Part shown: piece by piece, positions 1-10,542 of the stretch
Numbering within the stretch: position 1 is the first letter of the stretch
Layout of the letters: every line of letters begins with the position of its first letter
Assembly (NCBI GenBank): GCA_963704165.1
Contig: CAVPHD010000011.1
Location: 96,001 to 160,000, forward strand
Origin: an uncultured delta proteobacterium
Lineage (GTDB): Bacteria; Myxococcota_A; UBA9160; SZUA-336
Length of the DNA: 64,000 bases
Direction of reading: 5' to 3'
Position numbers and translations under genes: made by a program
The notes under the pieces: model-generated
Told to the model about the DNA's origin: nothing
Databases searched by the model: none
What the model saw: the letters and a program-made list of their open reading frames with translations, nothing else

Positions 1-879
1 GTCGTCCTCCATGATCACCTTTTCCATCCCGGGCAGGATCTCTTCCATCGTCTCGAGATACAGCCGCTCGCGCGTCACTGCGGGCGCGCGCTGATACTCG
101 ACGAGCAGCGCCGCGAAGCGCAAGACCTGCCCCTGTGCTTCGAGGATCCGCTGCTCGCGATAGGCACGGGCCTGGTTCAGGGCTTCCTCTGCCCGCCCGC
201 GCGCCTCCGGCACCACCTTGTCCGCGTACCCTTGGGCTTCGAGCACGGACTTCTCGCGGTCTTGCGCGGCACTGGTGACGTCGGCAAACGCGTCGCGGAC
301 CGCGGCCGGCGGGTCCACGTCCTGGAGCTGAACGCTCTGCACGCGCACGCCCACGTGGTACTCGTCGAGCAGGGCCTGGAGCTGGACTCGGATGTCGTCC
401 TGGATCGGCCCGCGCTGCGTCAGGACGAGGTCGACGGGATTCTGGGCGATCACCGCGCGCACGGTCGCGCGCGCGGCGTCCCGGATCACGTCCTGGCGCT
501 CCTCGGATCGCACCCCGAACAGCCAGTCGCGCAGGTTCGAGATCCGATACTGCACGACGAAATCCACATCGACCAGATTCTCGTCACCGGTCAGCATCGC
601 CTTCTCTTCCGGATGCTCCTCGATCTCCGCGGGCGGGCCGAGGGACTTCGTGCGGTAGCCGAACTCCTCGCGCAAGGTGGTCGTGACTCGCTGCTTGAAG
701 ACCGTCTCGATCCCTTGCGCGTGCCACATGAAGCGCCCGGGCTCGATCGTCCGGTCGTAGCGCCCGAGGCGAAGCACGACGGCCTGCTCGTCGGGCGCCA
801 CGTCGAAGAAGCCCGTCGATGCCCAGACGGCGATCGCGGCCAGGATCACGAGAAGGGGAAGAACCCGAAGAACGCGCAC
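1..879 (-). CDS. hflK: FtsH modulator HflK (3' end outside window)
   Basis: Manual translation: TM segment then [20 protein letters not shown]-terminal [24 protein letters not shown], typical of HflK. GTG start inferred. Confidence 0.85.
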   Translation of the reverse strand, partial: MRVLRVLPLLVILAAIAVWASTGFFDVAPDEQAVVLRLGRYDRTIEPGRFMWHAQGIETVFKQRVTTTLREEFGYRTKSLGPPAEIEEHPEEKAMLTGDENLVDVDFVVQYRISNLRDWLFGVRSEERQDVIRDAARATVRAVIAQNPVDLVLTQRGPIQDDIRVQLQALLDEYHVGVRVQSVQLQDVDPPAAVRDAFADVTSAAQDREKSVLEAQGYADKVVPEARGRAEEALNQARAYREQRILEAQGQVLRFAALLVEYQRAPAVTRERLYLETMEEILPGMEKVIMEDD

Positions 880-894
880 GCTCCGCCCCCGTTC

Positions 895-1659
895 TCAGCT
901 CGCCGAGCGCTTGCGCGCGGCGTCGGCGAACGGTGTGAAGAGATCGATCGGCATCGGGAAGAGGATCGTCGAGTTGTGCTCGACGGCGATCTCCGAGAGC
1001 GTCTGCCAGGTAGCGCAGCTGGAGCGTGTAGGGCGACTGCACCATCACGTCCGACGCCTCGCGCAGGCGCTGCGACGCCTCGAACTCGCCCTGCGCGTGG
1101 ATCACCTTCGCGCGTCGCTCGCGCTCGGCCTCGGCCTGCTTGGCCATCGCGCGCTGCATCTCCTGCGGCAGATCGATGTGCTTGATCTCGACCGCGCGGA
1201 CCTTCACGCCCCAGGGATCCGTTCCCCGGTCGAGCTCGCTCTGAAGCTGGTGATTGATGCGCTCTCGGTCGGCGAGCAGATGATCGAGCTCGCACTGACC
1301 GCAGACGCTGCGCAAGGTGGTCTGCGCGAGCTGTGACGTCGCGTACATGAAGTTCTCGACCTTGATGATCGCGTTCTCGGGATGAACGACCCGGAAGTAG
1401 AGCACGGCGTTGACCTTCACCGAGACGTTGTCGCGGGTGATCACGTCCTGCGGAGGCACGTCCATGACCACTTCACGCAGGCTGACCTTGAGCAGCTGGT
1501 CGATGCCAGGGATCACGATCCGGATTCCCGCCCCTTCACCACCTGGAATCGGCCCAGTCGGAACAGCACACCACGCTCCCATTCCGCCAGCACGCGCACC
1601 GCCGAGAAGAGCAGCGCGGCCAGCACGAAGACGGCGATCGCGATCGGTGTGAATCCCAC
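895..1659 (-). CDS. SPFH/band-7 (slipin/stomatin-like) protein, two apparent frameshifts (~1530, ~1010)
   Basis: [20 protein letters not shown] and [19 protein letters not shown] motifs; start overlaps nfeD stop. Confidence 0.85.
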
Positions 1660-3026
1660 TAGGTCTCTCCTTCTTCGGTCGGCTCGACGCGTCGCACACG
1701 CAGCTCGAGCCCGTTCACGGACAGGATGCGGACCTTCTCGCCCCGGCGCACGGGTTCGTCGGCGACCGCCTTCCAGAGTTCACTGTCGACGAGCACGATT
1801 CCCTCGGGCGAGAGGTCCGTGTCGGCGACGCCCGTCTCGGTCGCGAGGCGCTCGGCGCCGGAGAACGACGGGCGGGCCTGCGCGCGCGTGACGGCGAGCG
1901 CCACCGCCCCGAGCACCGCGGCGAGCGAGAAGAGTGCGGGTACGATGGCGCGCCAGAACGGCAGAGCGAGATCGGTCAGCTCGGGCACGCGGAACACGAG
2001 CCACGCGCCCCACGCGAGCGCGATGATCCCGGCCGTGAAGAGGATCCCGAAGCTTGCGACGTGGATCTCCGCGATCAAGAGCGCAATTCCGCCGATGACG
2101 AGCATCAGTCCGACCCAGTTGAACGGGATCACCTGCAGCGCCGTGGCCGCGAGCAAGAGACAGATCGCGCCGCCAACCCCAGGAAAGATCAGCCCGGGGT
2201 TCTGAAGCTCGACGTACAGACCGAGCACGCCGAGCAGGAAGAGCAGGCCGACGATCTCCGGATCGGCGATCACGGCGAAGAAGCGATTCAGGAAATCCAT
2301 CTCGATCCGCACGGTGCGCGCGTTCTTCGTCTGCAGCGTGACCTCGCGACCGGCCACCTCGACCGTCCGCCCGTCGATCTTCTGCAACAGGTCCTCGAGA
2401 TCGTTCGCGATCACGTCGATCACGTTCTTCTCGAGCGCCTCGGTCGCGTTGATGGCGACCGAGCGGCGCACGGCGTCCGCGGCCCACTCGACGTTGCGCT
2501 TGCGCTCCTGCGCGATCGCCTCGATGAACGCGGTCGTCATGTTCTCGACCTTCTCGTCCATGAAGTCGCCCGGGCGGGACGCTTCCTCGCCCTCGTCCTT
2601 GCCTTCCGCCGGCGCGGCCGGGCGCGGATTCGACTTCCCCAGCGTGACCGGATGCGCGGCGCCGATCGTCGCGCCCGGAGCCATCGCCGCGACGTGTCCC
2701 GCGAGCGTCAGGAAGGTGCCGGCCGATGCCGCCCAGGCGCCGCGTGGCGAGACGAAGACGACGACCGGGATCTCGGCGTTCAGGATCGCCGTGACGATGT
2801 CCTTCGTCGACGACACGAGGCCGCCCGGCGTGTCGAGCTCGATCACGAGCGCGACCGCGCCGTCCGCGGTCGAGGTCTCGAGCGAGCTCGCCACGTAGTC
2901 GCCAATCGCCGGATTGATTCCGCCGTCGATCCGGATCACCGTGACGATCTCGCTCCCGGCGCTCGCGAGCAGGGGAAACGCGACGGCGAGCAGGAACGAG
3001 AGAGCGCGCGCGCGAGCGCGCGTCAT
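1659..3026 (-). CDS. nfeD: NfeD membrane-bound ClpP-class serine protease
   Basis: LDTPGG, AASAG, GAAHPV motifs, TM domain and C-terminal OB-like segment; adjacent to SPFH gene. Confidence 0.9.
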   Translation of the reverse strand: MTRARARALSFLLAVAFPLLASAGSEIVTVIRIDGGINPAIGDYVASSLETSTADGAVALVIELDTPGGLVSSTKDIVTAILNAEIPVVVFVSPRGAWAASAGTFLTLAGHVAAMAPGATIGAAHPVTLGKSNPRPAAPAEGKDEGEEASRPGDFMDEKVENMTTAFIEAIAQERKRNVEWAADAVRRSVAINATEALEKNVIDVIANDLEDLLQKIDGRTVEVAGREVTLQTKNARTVRIEMDFLNRFFAVIADPEIVGLLFLLGVLGLYVELQNPGLIFPGVGGAICLLLAATALQVIPFNWVGLMLVIGGIALLIAEIHVASFGILFTAGIIALAWGAWLVFRVPELTDLALPFWRAIVPALFSLAAVLGAVALAVTRAQARPSFSGAERLATETGVADTDLSPEGIVLVDSELWKAVADEPVRRGEKVRILSVNGLELRVRRVEPTEEGET

Positions 3027-4213
3027 CGTTTCCGGACCTCGATCACGCGGTCGAGAATGCTCTCGGCGATCTCGGCCTTCTGCGCGACCGGAATCGAGCG
3101 TACATCCTCGGGGCGCGGCCCGACGATCAGAACCTCGTTGCGATCGACGTCGAAGCCGATGTCGGCGCGGGAGACGTCGTTCGCGACGATCAGGTCACAG
3201 CCCTTTCGCGCGAGCTTGGCGCGGGCGTTCTCGAGCAGATCGTCGGTCTCGGCCGCGAATCCGACGATGGTCCGGCCCTCCCGGCGCATCACGACCTCCG
3301 CGAGGATGTCGGGGTTCTTCACCAGCTCGAGCGTCAGCGCGTCCCGCTTCTCTCGCTTGATCTTGGTGCCCTCGGCGCGAGACGGCGCGTAGTCGGCGAC
3401 CGCGGCAGCGAGGATCGCGATCGTCGCGCGCGGCAGCGCGGCGAGCACCGCCTCGCGCATCTCGATCGCGGTCTCGACGTCGATCCGCTGAACACCCCAC
3501 GGTGTCGGGAGTGCGACGGGACCGGACACGAGCACGACCTCGGCGCCGCGGCGCGCCGCGACTTCGGCGATCGCGAACCCCATCCGTCCCGACGAGCGGT
3601 TCGTGATCACGCGGACCGGGTCGATCGGCTCCGATGTCGGCCCCGCATTCACGAGCACGACTTCGCCGCGGAGCGTCGGCTCGGTGGCGCACTGCTCGAT
3701 CGTCGCGACGACGGCCTCGAGCTCGATCAGCCGTCCCTCTCCGACCCAGCCGCAGGCGAGCTCACCCTCGGCCGGTCCCACGATTCGCGCGCCGCGCTTT
3801 CCGAGCGTGTCGAGATTCGCCTGCGTCGCCGGGTGCCGGAACATGTTGACGTTCATCGCCGGCGCGACGACGAGCGGAGCGCGCGTCGCGAGCGCGACCG
3901 TCGTCAGCAGGTCGTCCGCCAGGCCGTGGGCGAGCTTCGCCAGCACGTTGGCCGTCGCCGGCACGACCGCGAAGACCTGCGCCCAGTCCGCGAGCTCGAT
4001 GTGCGAGATCTCCGACTCGGCGGCGGGCTCGAGCAGTTCGTGGCGCACGGGCGAGCCGGAGAGCGTCTGCAGCGTGAGCCGGGAAACGAACTCGAGCGCG
4101 TTCGCCGTCGCGATCACGCGCACGTCGTGACCGCGAGCGCGCAGCCGTCGAACGAGTTCGCACGCCTTGTAGGCCGCGATCCCGCCTGAGACTGCCATGC
4201 AGATCCGACTCAC
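3023..4213 (-). CDS. coaBC: Phosphopantothenoylcysteine decarboxylase/ligase
   Basis: SGGIAAYKA, PAMNVNM, GPTSEPIDPVRVITNRSSGRMG, GFAAET motifs. Confidence 0.95.
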   Translation of the reverse strand: MSRICMAVSGGIAAYKACELVRRLRARGHDVRVIATANALEFVSRLTLQTLSGSPVRHELLEPAAESEISHIELADWAQVFAVVPATANVLAKLAHGLADDLLTTVALATRAPLVVAPAMNVNMFRHPATQANLDTLGKRGARIVGPAEGELACGWVGEGRLIELEAVVATIEQCATEPTLRGEVVLVNAGPTSEPIDPVRVITNRSSGRMGFAIAEVAARRGAEVVLVSGPVALPTPWGVQRIDVETAIEMREAVLAALPRATIAILAAAVADYAPSRAEGTKIKREKRDALTLELVKNPDILAEVVMRREGRTIVGFAAETDDLLENARAKLARKGCDLIVANDVSRADIGFDVDRNEVLIVGPRPEDVRSIPVAQKAEIAESILDRVIEVRKR

Positions 4214-4264
4214 CGAGAACCCCCGCCTACTCGAAATCCCTTTGAATTCCGAGGATTTCCGTGA

Positions 4265-4294
4265 AACGTAGCTCGGCCTTCCCGAGACTGTCAA
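4265..4294 (-). promoter_or_regulatory. Sigma-70-type promoter for coaBC operon
   Basis: TTGACA-N18-TACGTT on minus strand upstream of coaBC. Confidence 0.55.
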
Positions 4295-4302
4295 ACCGCA
4301 CG

Positions 4303-4329
4303 TAAAGCCTTCGCTCGGGAACCCGAACG
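4303..4329 (+). promoter_or_regulatory. Sigma-28-like promoter candidate (histidine kinase)
   Basis: TAAA-N15-CCCGAACG. Confidence 0.35.
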
Positions 4330-4359
4330 GATAGACGGGGAAGCGATCCCGGGGAGTCC

Positions 4360-6405
4360 GTGAGGATGGAGACGCAGAGCGCGCTGATGGGAGCGGTGGC
4401 CGCGCTCGCGTTGCTCGTGCTCTTCCTCTCACTTCCGCGCTCGCCCGCCGCGCGTCGATTCGCCGCGCTGACGCTCGCCTACCTGGTCTGGTCCGCAGGC
4501 ACGGCCGCGAGCAACCTCGGAGTCGCTCACGGCTCGGTCCTCGCGGACCTCGGGCTCCTGGCGACGGCTCCGCTCGCGCTGTGGGTCGTCGCGACCCTCG
4601 GGGGACAGACCGCCCGGCTGGCGCGATTCGCACTTCCGCTCATCGCGGCGCCGCTCCTCCTCGCGGCGTCGATCGTGCTTTCGGGAACGCCTCCCGCCCT
4701 GCTCCAGGCGATCGCGAACGTCTTCGCCTTCACCGGCTGCGCAGCGGCCGCGGTGATGCTGGCGCGGTTCGTGCCCGGACCCGAGGATTCCGATTCCCCC
4801 GACGCGCGCCGCCTGCGCTACCTGGTCGTCGCCCACTCGATCGTCGTCGGGGGCGCGCTGCTCGACACCGCCATGTGGCCGCTCGGTCTGCCGCGCGTGG
4901 CCTCGCTCCTGACGCCCGTCCTCTATCTGTACGCGGGCTACCTGCATCTGTCGCAGGTCCGTGTCGCCGATCTCCGCCAGCTCGTCGGCAACACACTCGC
5001 GCTCGCCGCGATGGCCCTCGGCGTCGCCGTGTCCTTTGCGGCGATCCGCATCTGGGTCGGAGAGCGCGTCGACCTCTTCGTCTTCAACGCGTTCGTCGCC
5101 TCGTTCGCGCTGCTGCTCTTCTTCGTGCCCATGCGCGACCGGATCCAGAACGCGATCGAGCGGCACGTCGTCGCGGGCAAGGTCGCGCTCGAGAAGGACC
5201 TGCATCCGCTTCGCGAACGCCTGAAGCACATCCTCACGCTCGACGAGCTTCTCGTAGAGCTGCTCGCGGCGCTCGAGAAGACGGAGCTGCTGCGATCCTC
5301 CTCGATCTTCCTGCGCGACGACGCAACGCTCGGATTCCAGCTGGCCGGGAGCATCGGGCTTCCGACGCGGGCGCGGGTCAGCCTGCTCGCCGAGCCCAGC
5401 TGGGTGGTGGCGCTCGAGGAGGCCACGGTCCTCCGTCGCGACGAGGTCGAGCGATTCCGCGACGATCCGAAGAACGAAGTCGACCGACCTCGCCTCGACG
5501 CCCTCTGCCAGACGCTGCGCGAGCTCGACGCCGACCTCGTGCTGCCGCTGCGCGCGAAATCGCAGCTGGTCGGTTTCTGGACCCTCGCCGACGCCCGCTC
5601 GGAGGAGTCGTTCTCCACCGACGAATTGCGCCTGCTGCGCGCGGTCGCCGACCAGATCGCGACGTCGATCGAGAACTCGAAGACCTTCGAGCGCCTGCGC
5701 GCGAGAGACCGCTTCGTCACGCTCGGAGAGATGGCGGCGGGCCTCGCACACGAGATCCGCAATCCTCTCGCCGCGATCCGCGGCGCCGTCGCCGTGCTTC
5801 AACAGCCGAGCGACGTGAAGTCCGCAGAGCTCTGGACGGTCATCATCGAGGAGATCGCCCGCTTGAACCGCGTCGTCGAGTCCTTCCTCGACTACGCTCG
5901 CCCGGCCACACGACATGCGACGATCCGCGACGTCGGCGCGTTCGTGAAGAGCTGCGTCGACGCGGTGTCGCGCTCGAAGGGGCGCTCCGGCGTCGAGCTC
6001 TCGCTCGAAATCGAGCCGGGCCTACGGCCGCTTCACGCCGACGCCGATCAGCTCGAGCGGGTGGTGGTGAACGTGGTTCAGAACGCGTACGAGGCGCTCG
6101 AGGGTGACGGCCGGGTTCGCGTCGCGGTGCGCCGCGTCCAGGGCGTGGGGCCCTACGACACCTGGCTCGAGATCGCCGTCGAGGATGACGGCCCCGGGAT
6201 GAGCGAGACGACGCTCGAGCGCGCGTTCATCCCCTTCTACACCACGAAGAAGCAGGGCACCGGACTCGGGCTCGCGCTCTGTGAACGGTTGACGCGCGCG
6301 CAGGGCGGAACGATCGCTCTGCGCTCGAAGCCCGGTGAGGGAACGGGCGTGCTGATTCGCCTGCCCTACCCGGTCCCGCCCGAATCCGAGGGCAAGCTCG
6401 CATGA
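4360..6405 (+). CDS. Membrane sensor histidine kinase (multi-TM, GAF, HisKA, HATPase)
   Basis: H-box AHEIRNPL, N-box NAYEA, G-boxes DDGPG and GTGLGL. Confidence 0.9.
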   Translation: MRMETQSALMGAVAALALLVLFLSLPRSPAARRFAALTLAYLVWSAGTAASNLGVAHGSVLADLGLLATAPLALWVVATLGGQTARLARFALPLIAAPLLLAASIVLSGTPPALLQAIANVFAFTGCAAAAVMLARFVPGPEDSDSPDARRLRYLVVAHSIVVGGALLDTAMWPLGLPRVASLLTPVLYLYAGYLHLSQVRVADLRQLVGNTLALAAMALGVAVSFAAIRIWVGERVDLFVFNAFVASFALLLFFVPMRDRIQNAIERHVVAGKVALEKDLHPLRERLKHILTLDELLVELLAALEKTELLRSSSIFLRDDATLGFQLAGSIGLPTRARVSLLAEPSWVVALEEATVLRRDEVERFRDDPKNEVDRPRLDALCQTLRELDADLVLPLRAKSQLVGFWTLADARSEESFSTDELRLLRAVADQIATSIENSKTFERLRARDRFVTLGEMAAGLAHEIRNPLAAIRGAVAVLQQPSDVKSAELWTVIIEEIARLNRVVESFLDYARPATRHATIRDVGAFVKSCVDAVSRSKGRSGVELSLEIEPGLRPLHADADQLERVVVNVVQNAYEALEGDGRVRVAVRRVQGVGPYDTWLEIAVEDDGPGMSETTLERAFIPFYTTKKQGTGLGLALCERLTRAQGGTIALRSKPGEGTGVLIRLPYPVPPESEGKLA

Positions 6406-7772
6406 AACCCACCCGAACGGTCTTGATCGTAGAGGACGAAGCGAACATGCGCCGCGTGCTCTCGGCGCTACTCGAACGCGATGGGTTCGGAACGCTCGAG
6501 GCCTCCGACGGCGACGCCGCTCTCGAACTCCTCGCACACGAGCCCGTCGACGCGGTCCTCACGGACCTGCGCATGCCCAAGATGAACGGGCTCGAGCTGC
6601 TCGAAGCCGTTCACCGCGCACATCCAGAGATCCCCGTCGTCATGCTCACGGCCCACGGCACGGTGGGCAGCGCCGTCGAGGCGTTGAAGCAGGGCGCGTT
6701 CGACTACCTGACCAAGCCCTTCGATCCCGACGAGATCCGGCAGGTGATGGAGAAGGCGGTCAGCACGCGTCGGCTCGCCGCGCGCGAGGTGCGGGTGGCG
6801 GGCGACGAGGATGCCGAACCGCTGCTCTGCGGTCCGAGCGACGCGCTGGCCGAAGTGAAGCACGTGATCGAGCGCGTCGCGCCGACGCCGGCGACGGTAC
6901 TGATCACGGGCGAGAGCGGAACGGGCAAGGAGATCGTCGCGCGCAGCCTGCACCGCGCGAGCACGCGCAAGAGCGAGCCGTTTCTGAAGATCAACTGCGC
7001 GGCAATTCCCGAGGGGCTGCTCGAGAGCGAGCTCTTCGGGTACGAACGCGGCGCGTTCACCGGCGCGGTCGGCCGCAAGCCGGGGCGTTTCGAACTCGCG
7101 GACGGCGGAACGCTTTTTCTCGACGAGATCGGCGAGATGCCGCTCTCTGCGCAGCCCAAGCTGCTGCGCGCGATTCAAGAGGGCCGGTTCTTCCGCGTCG
7201 GCGGCACCGAAACCGTCCAGGTCGACGTCCGACTCGTCGCCGCGACCAACCGTGACCTGCGCGAAGAGGTCCGCGCCGGTCGCTTCCGCGAGGATCTCTT
7301 CTATCGGCTCCACGTGGTACCGATCCATCTTCCGCCGCTGCGCGAGCGGCCCGAAGACATTCCGCCGCTCGCGCGGCTCTTTCTGGAGCGATTCGCGGCC
7401 AGGCTCCGTCGTCCGGTGACGAACATCGACCCGCTCGCGATGGATCTCCTGCTCGGCCACCCCTGGCCGGGGAACATCCGCGAGCTGGAGAACGCGATCG
7501 AGCGAGCCACGCTTCTCTGTGACGGGTCCACGCTGACCGCGCGCGACCTTCCGCCGGAGGTGCAGCCGCCGGTCCCGCGTCAGACCTCGAACAGCGAGCC
7601 GACGCCCCTGCGCGAGCGCATCCGCGCCGCGACTCAGCGCATCGAGCGCGACGCGATCCTCGAGGCCCTCCGCATGACCGAGGGCAACGTCACGCGCGCC
7701 GCGCGCAAGCTCGGCCTGTCGCGCCGCGGCCTCCAACTGAAGATGAAGGAACTCGAGATCGACCGGACCTGA
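6402..7772 (+). CDS. Sigma-54-dependent response regulator (NtrC family)
   Basis: REC domain, [14 protein letters not shown], Fis-type HTH; ATGA overlap with kinase. Confidence 0.95.
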   Translation: MKPTRTVLIVEDEANMRRVLSALLERDGFGTLEASDGDAALELLAHEPVDAVLTDLRMPKMNGLELLEAVHRAHPEIPVVMLTAHGTVGSAVEALKQGAFDYLTKPFDPDEIRQVMEKAVSTRRLAAREVRVAGDEDAEPLLCGPSDALAEVKHVIERVAPTPATVLITGESGTGKEIVARSLHRASTRKSEPFLKINCAAIPEGLLESELFGYERGAFTGAVGRKPGRFELADGGTLFLDEIGEMPLSAQPKLLRAIQEGRFFRVGGTETVQVDVRLVAATNRDLREEVRAGRFREDLFYRLHVVPIHLPPLRERPEDIPPLARLFLERFAARLRRPVTNIDPLAMDLLLGHPWPGNIRELENAIERATLLCDGSTLTARDLPPEVQPPVPRQTSNSEPTPLRERIRAATQRIERDAILEALRMTEGNVTRAARKLGLSRRGLQLKMKELEIDRT

Positions 7773-7786
7773 GGACGGAGGCGCCC

Positions 7787-8284
7787 TCAGCCCTTCGGCC
7801 CGAGCTTCTCCTTGAGCTTCTTCGCAACCGAGGCGGGCACGAACTCGGAGACGTCGGCACCGAAGCGGACCAGCTCGCGCATGCGCGAGGCGCTGACGTA
7901 GAACCAGCGCTCGCTGGTCATCAAGAAGACGGTCTCGAGCTCGGGAAACATGTGGTGGTTCATCAGGGCCATCTCGAACTCGTATTCGAAGTCGGCGAGC
8001 GCGCGCAGCCCGCGCAAGACGATGTTCGCGCCGATTCCGCGAAGGTAGTCGACGAGCAACCCCGAGATCACGTCCACGCGCACGTTCGGAAGCATGTCCA
8101 CCGCCTCGCGGACGAGGGCCAGGCGTTCGTCCAGGGTCAGGGTTCCTCCGCTCTTGTCCACGTTCACGGCCACCGCGACGACGACCTCGTCGAACAAGCG
8201 CGATGCACGGACGATCAGGTCGAGGTGCCCGTTCGTGATCGGGTCGAAGCTCGCCGGGTACACCGCAATGCGTCTGTCGGTCAT
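7787..8284 (-). CDS. coaD: Pantetheine-phosphate adenylyltransferase
   Basis: YPASFDPITNGHLD, RGLRALADFEYE. Confidence 0.95.
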   Translation of the reverse strand: MTDRRIAVYPASFDPITNGHLDLIVRASRLFDEVVVAVAVNVDKSGGTLTLDERLALVREAVDMLPNVRVDVISGLLVDYLRGIGANIVLRGLRALADFEYEFEMALMNHHMFPELETVFLMTSERWFYVSASRMRELVRFGADVSEFVPASVAKKLKEKLGPKG

Positions 8285-8865
8285 GCCAATGCCTCACTCT
8301 CGGCGGCCGGATCGGCCGCGGATTGCCACCAGTCGAACGCCGTCTCGCCGTAGCGTTTCGATTCGCAAAGAAGCAGACCCGCAGGACCCGGCCCCGACTC
8401 GACCCGCGTCGAACGCTCGATGACGACGACGGCTTCCGGGCGAAGGACACTCGCGAACGCCTCGTCCCGGATCAGCTGCTCCCGTCCGTCCCCATCCCAG
8501 GGAGGATCCGCGAGCACGAGATCGAACGTACCGAGCTTCGCGGCCAAGGCGCGAAGCCCCCGCGACAGATCCGCTTCGACGACGCGCGTACACTCCTGCA
8601 GGCCGAGCTCCTCGAGATTGCGACGCAGCACGCGAAGCGCGCCCCTCGCGCGCTCCACGAAGACGGCTTCGCTCGCGCCGCGAGAGAGCGCCTCGATCCC
8701 GAGCGCACCCGTGCCCGCGTACAGGTCCAGCACGCGCGCACCCGCGATTCTCGGTCCGATCCAATCGAAGAGCCCCGCACGCGCGCGATCCGAAGTCGGT
8801 CGCGTCTCGCGGCCCGGGACCGTGTGAAGGCGCCGGCTCCGCAGCTCTCCGGCAACGACGCGCAT
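8281..8865 (-). CDS. rsmD: 16S rRNA m2G966 methyltransferase
   Basis: MRVVAG, TRPTSDR, LDLYAGTGALGIEALSRGA, DPPW; conserved rsmD-coaD order. Confidence 0.9.
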   Translation of the reverse strand: MRVVAGELRSRRLHTVPGRETRPTSDRARAGLFDWIGPRIAGARVLDLYAGTGALGIEALSRGASEAVFVERARGALRVLRRNLEELGLQECTRVVEADLSRGLRALAAKLGTFDLVLADPPWDGDGREQLIRDEAFASVLRPEAVVVIERSTRVESGPGPAGLLLCESKRYGETAFDWWQSAADPAAESEALA

Positions 8866-8945
8866 CTACACTCGCCCCCGTACCGACTCGATCGGCCCGG
8901 ACCGTACCAGCCCACGAACAGGCCGGCAAGCGAGGCGCAACCGTC

Positions 8946-9004
8946 TTGAACCGTCGCGAAGCTTCGCTAGGATGCCCCGCGCGTGATGACATGACATGGT
9001 GTCA
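8946..9004 (+). promoter_or_regulatory. Sigma-70-like promoter with operator-like inverted repeat
   Basis: TTGAAC-N16-TAGGAT (8946-8973); TGACA-N3-TGTCA at 8992-9004. Confidence 0.45.
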
Positions 9005-9105
9005 CGAGTGTTCCCCGTGCCAACGACCGAGTCGGACCCGACCTCGAGAACGAAACACGGACCCGCGGAAATCACTCGAGTGAAGCGATTTGAAAGGAGC
9101 CTTCC

Positions 9106-9387
9106 ATGGCAGGACGAACGGCGAGAAAGAGTTCGAAGACCCAGAGCGCCGGGGTCCCGAAAGCGGTACTCGAGAAGCAGAAGCGCCTGATTCCGATGCG
9201 CCTTGCTCAGGTTCGCGGCGATCGCTCGCAGCGCTCGTTCGCGCGCGAGCTCGGCGTGTTCCAACAGAACGTGAACCGCTACGAGAGCGGCACGACCCCG
9301 CACGCCGATTTCCTGATCACGCTGGCGGTTCGCGAGGGGATCTCGCTGGACTGGCTGCTGCTGGGGAAGGGCCGACCGAAGAGCTGA
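9106..9387 (+). CDS. XRE-family HTH transcriptional regulator
   Basis: SQRSFARELGVFQQNVNRYESG...ISLDWLLLGKG; AAGGAG RBS. Confidence 0.85.
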   Translation: MAGRTARKSSKTQSAGVPKAVLEKQKRLIPMRLAQVRGDRSQRSFARELGVFQQNVNRYESGTTPHADFLITLAVREGISLDWLLLGKGRPKS

Positions 9388-9548
9388 CCGGCGCGCTCCG
9401 CCCTCGCGGAGCACCCGGCCACCCCTTCCATGCCACGGTTGGGAAGTCCGCTTCCACACCGTCGTGGGCGTTCTGCGCGCTCGTGCGCACGCAGTCTGCT
9501 CGCATAGCGCCTCGGAATCCCTCGCGTCGCCGAGAACGAGCGTCCGCG

Positions 9549-9564
9549 CGGCATGGAATTTGTA
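9549..9564 (+). promoter_or_regulatory. Possible sigma-54 -24/-12 promoter
   Basis: CGGCAT-GGAAT-TTGTA versus TGGCAC-N5-TTGCW; GT instead of GC at -12. Confidence 0.3.
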
Positions 9565-9604
9565 CTACCTCCGCTCGCGAGCCCGACTCGCTTGGAGGAA
9601 GTGC

Positions 9605-9937
9605 ATGAGCGTGTTCCTGGGGATGCTGGCCGTCCTCCTGAATCTCGCCGACAACGCGACGACCTTTCTGTGTCTTCGCGCGCCCGTGCCCGGATTCGAG
9701 GTGACCGAGGCGAATCCCGCCGCGGCCTGGCTCTTCTCCGCCATCGGACTCGAAAAAGGTCTTCTGCTCGAGACGGTGATCACGACCCTCGCGATCGCGT
9801 TCCTGGTCGCGACCGACCGCATCCCGCGCCGGGTCAAGCTCGCGCTGCTCGTCGTGCTCACGCTGCTGCCGGGCTGGGCGGCACTCAACAATCTCGAGGT
9901 GATCCACGCCACCAACATCCCGATCTCATGGAGTTGA
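9605..9937 (+). CDS. Small membrane protein (DUF5658-like)
   Basis: NLADNATT...EANP motif, hydrophobic helices, GGAGGA RBS. Confidence 0.6.
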   Translation: MSVFLGMLAVLLNLADNATTFLCLRAPVPGFEVTEANPAAAWLFSAIGLEKGLLLETVITTLAIAFLVATDRIPRRVKLALLVVLTLLPGWAALNNLEVIHATNIPISWS

Positions 9938-9941
9938 CGCG

Positions 9942-10534
9942 ATGAATCGACTCAGAGCCCTGGTGATCGCATTCGGACTCGCCGGCGGGCTCTCGTGCGC
10001 GATGCGCGCACCGATCCCGCACGAACTCGAGCTCCCGCCCGTCGCCAGCGTCGTCCCCGCGCTCGATGATGCTGCGGACGAGATCGAGGCGCTGCTTGCG
10101 CGCCATCTCACGGGGCTCGCACCCTTCGAAGTCCGCCGCGCGGCCGAGGCGCTGATTCGCGAAGCGAACCGGAACGGTGTCGAGCCGGCGATGGTCCTCG
10201 CCGTGATCCACACCGAGAGCGGCTACAACAATTTCGCGCGTTCGTCGGTCGGAGCGCTCGGACTCATGCAGATCATGCCGGCGACCGGAGAGATGCTCGC
10301 GCGCGAGGCCGGCATCCGCTGGACGGGACCCGACCTGCTCTTCGAGCCGGAAGTGAACCTGCGCCTCGGCACGCGCTACCTCGCGCTCCTGCGCAGCCGC
10401 GCTACGGCGACTGGACGCGTGCGCTCGCCGCCTACAACTGGGGGCCGGGCGAGATCGATCGGCGGATCTCCGTCGGTGAGAACCTGCCCGACAAGTACAC
10501 GAACCGCGTCTACGCACGGCTCGCCCGGCACTAG
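9942..10534 (+). CDS. Lytic transglycosylase (SLT domain), frameshift ~10400
   Basis: VIHTESG, GALGLMQIMPATG; ALAAYNWGPG in the shifted frame. Confidence 0.85.
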
Positions 10535-10542
10535 ACGACGCC

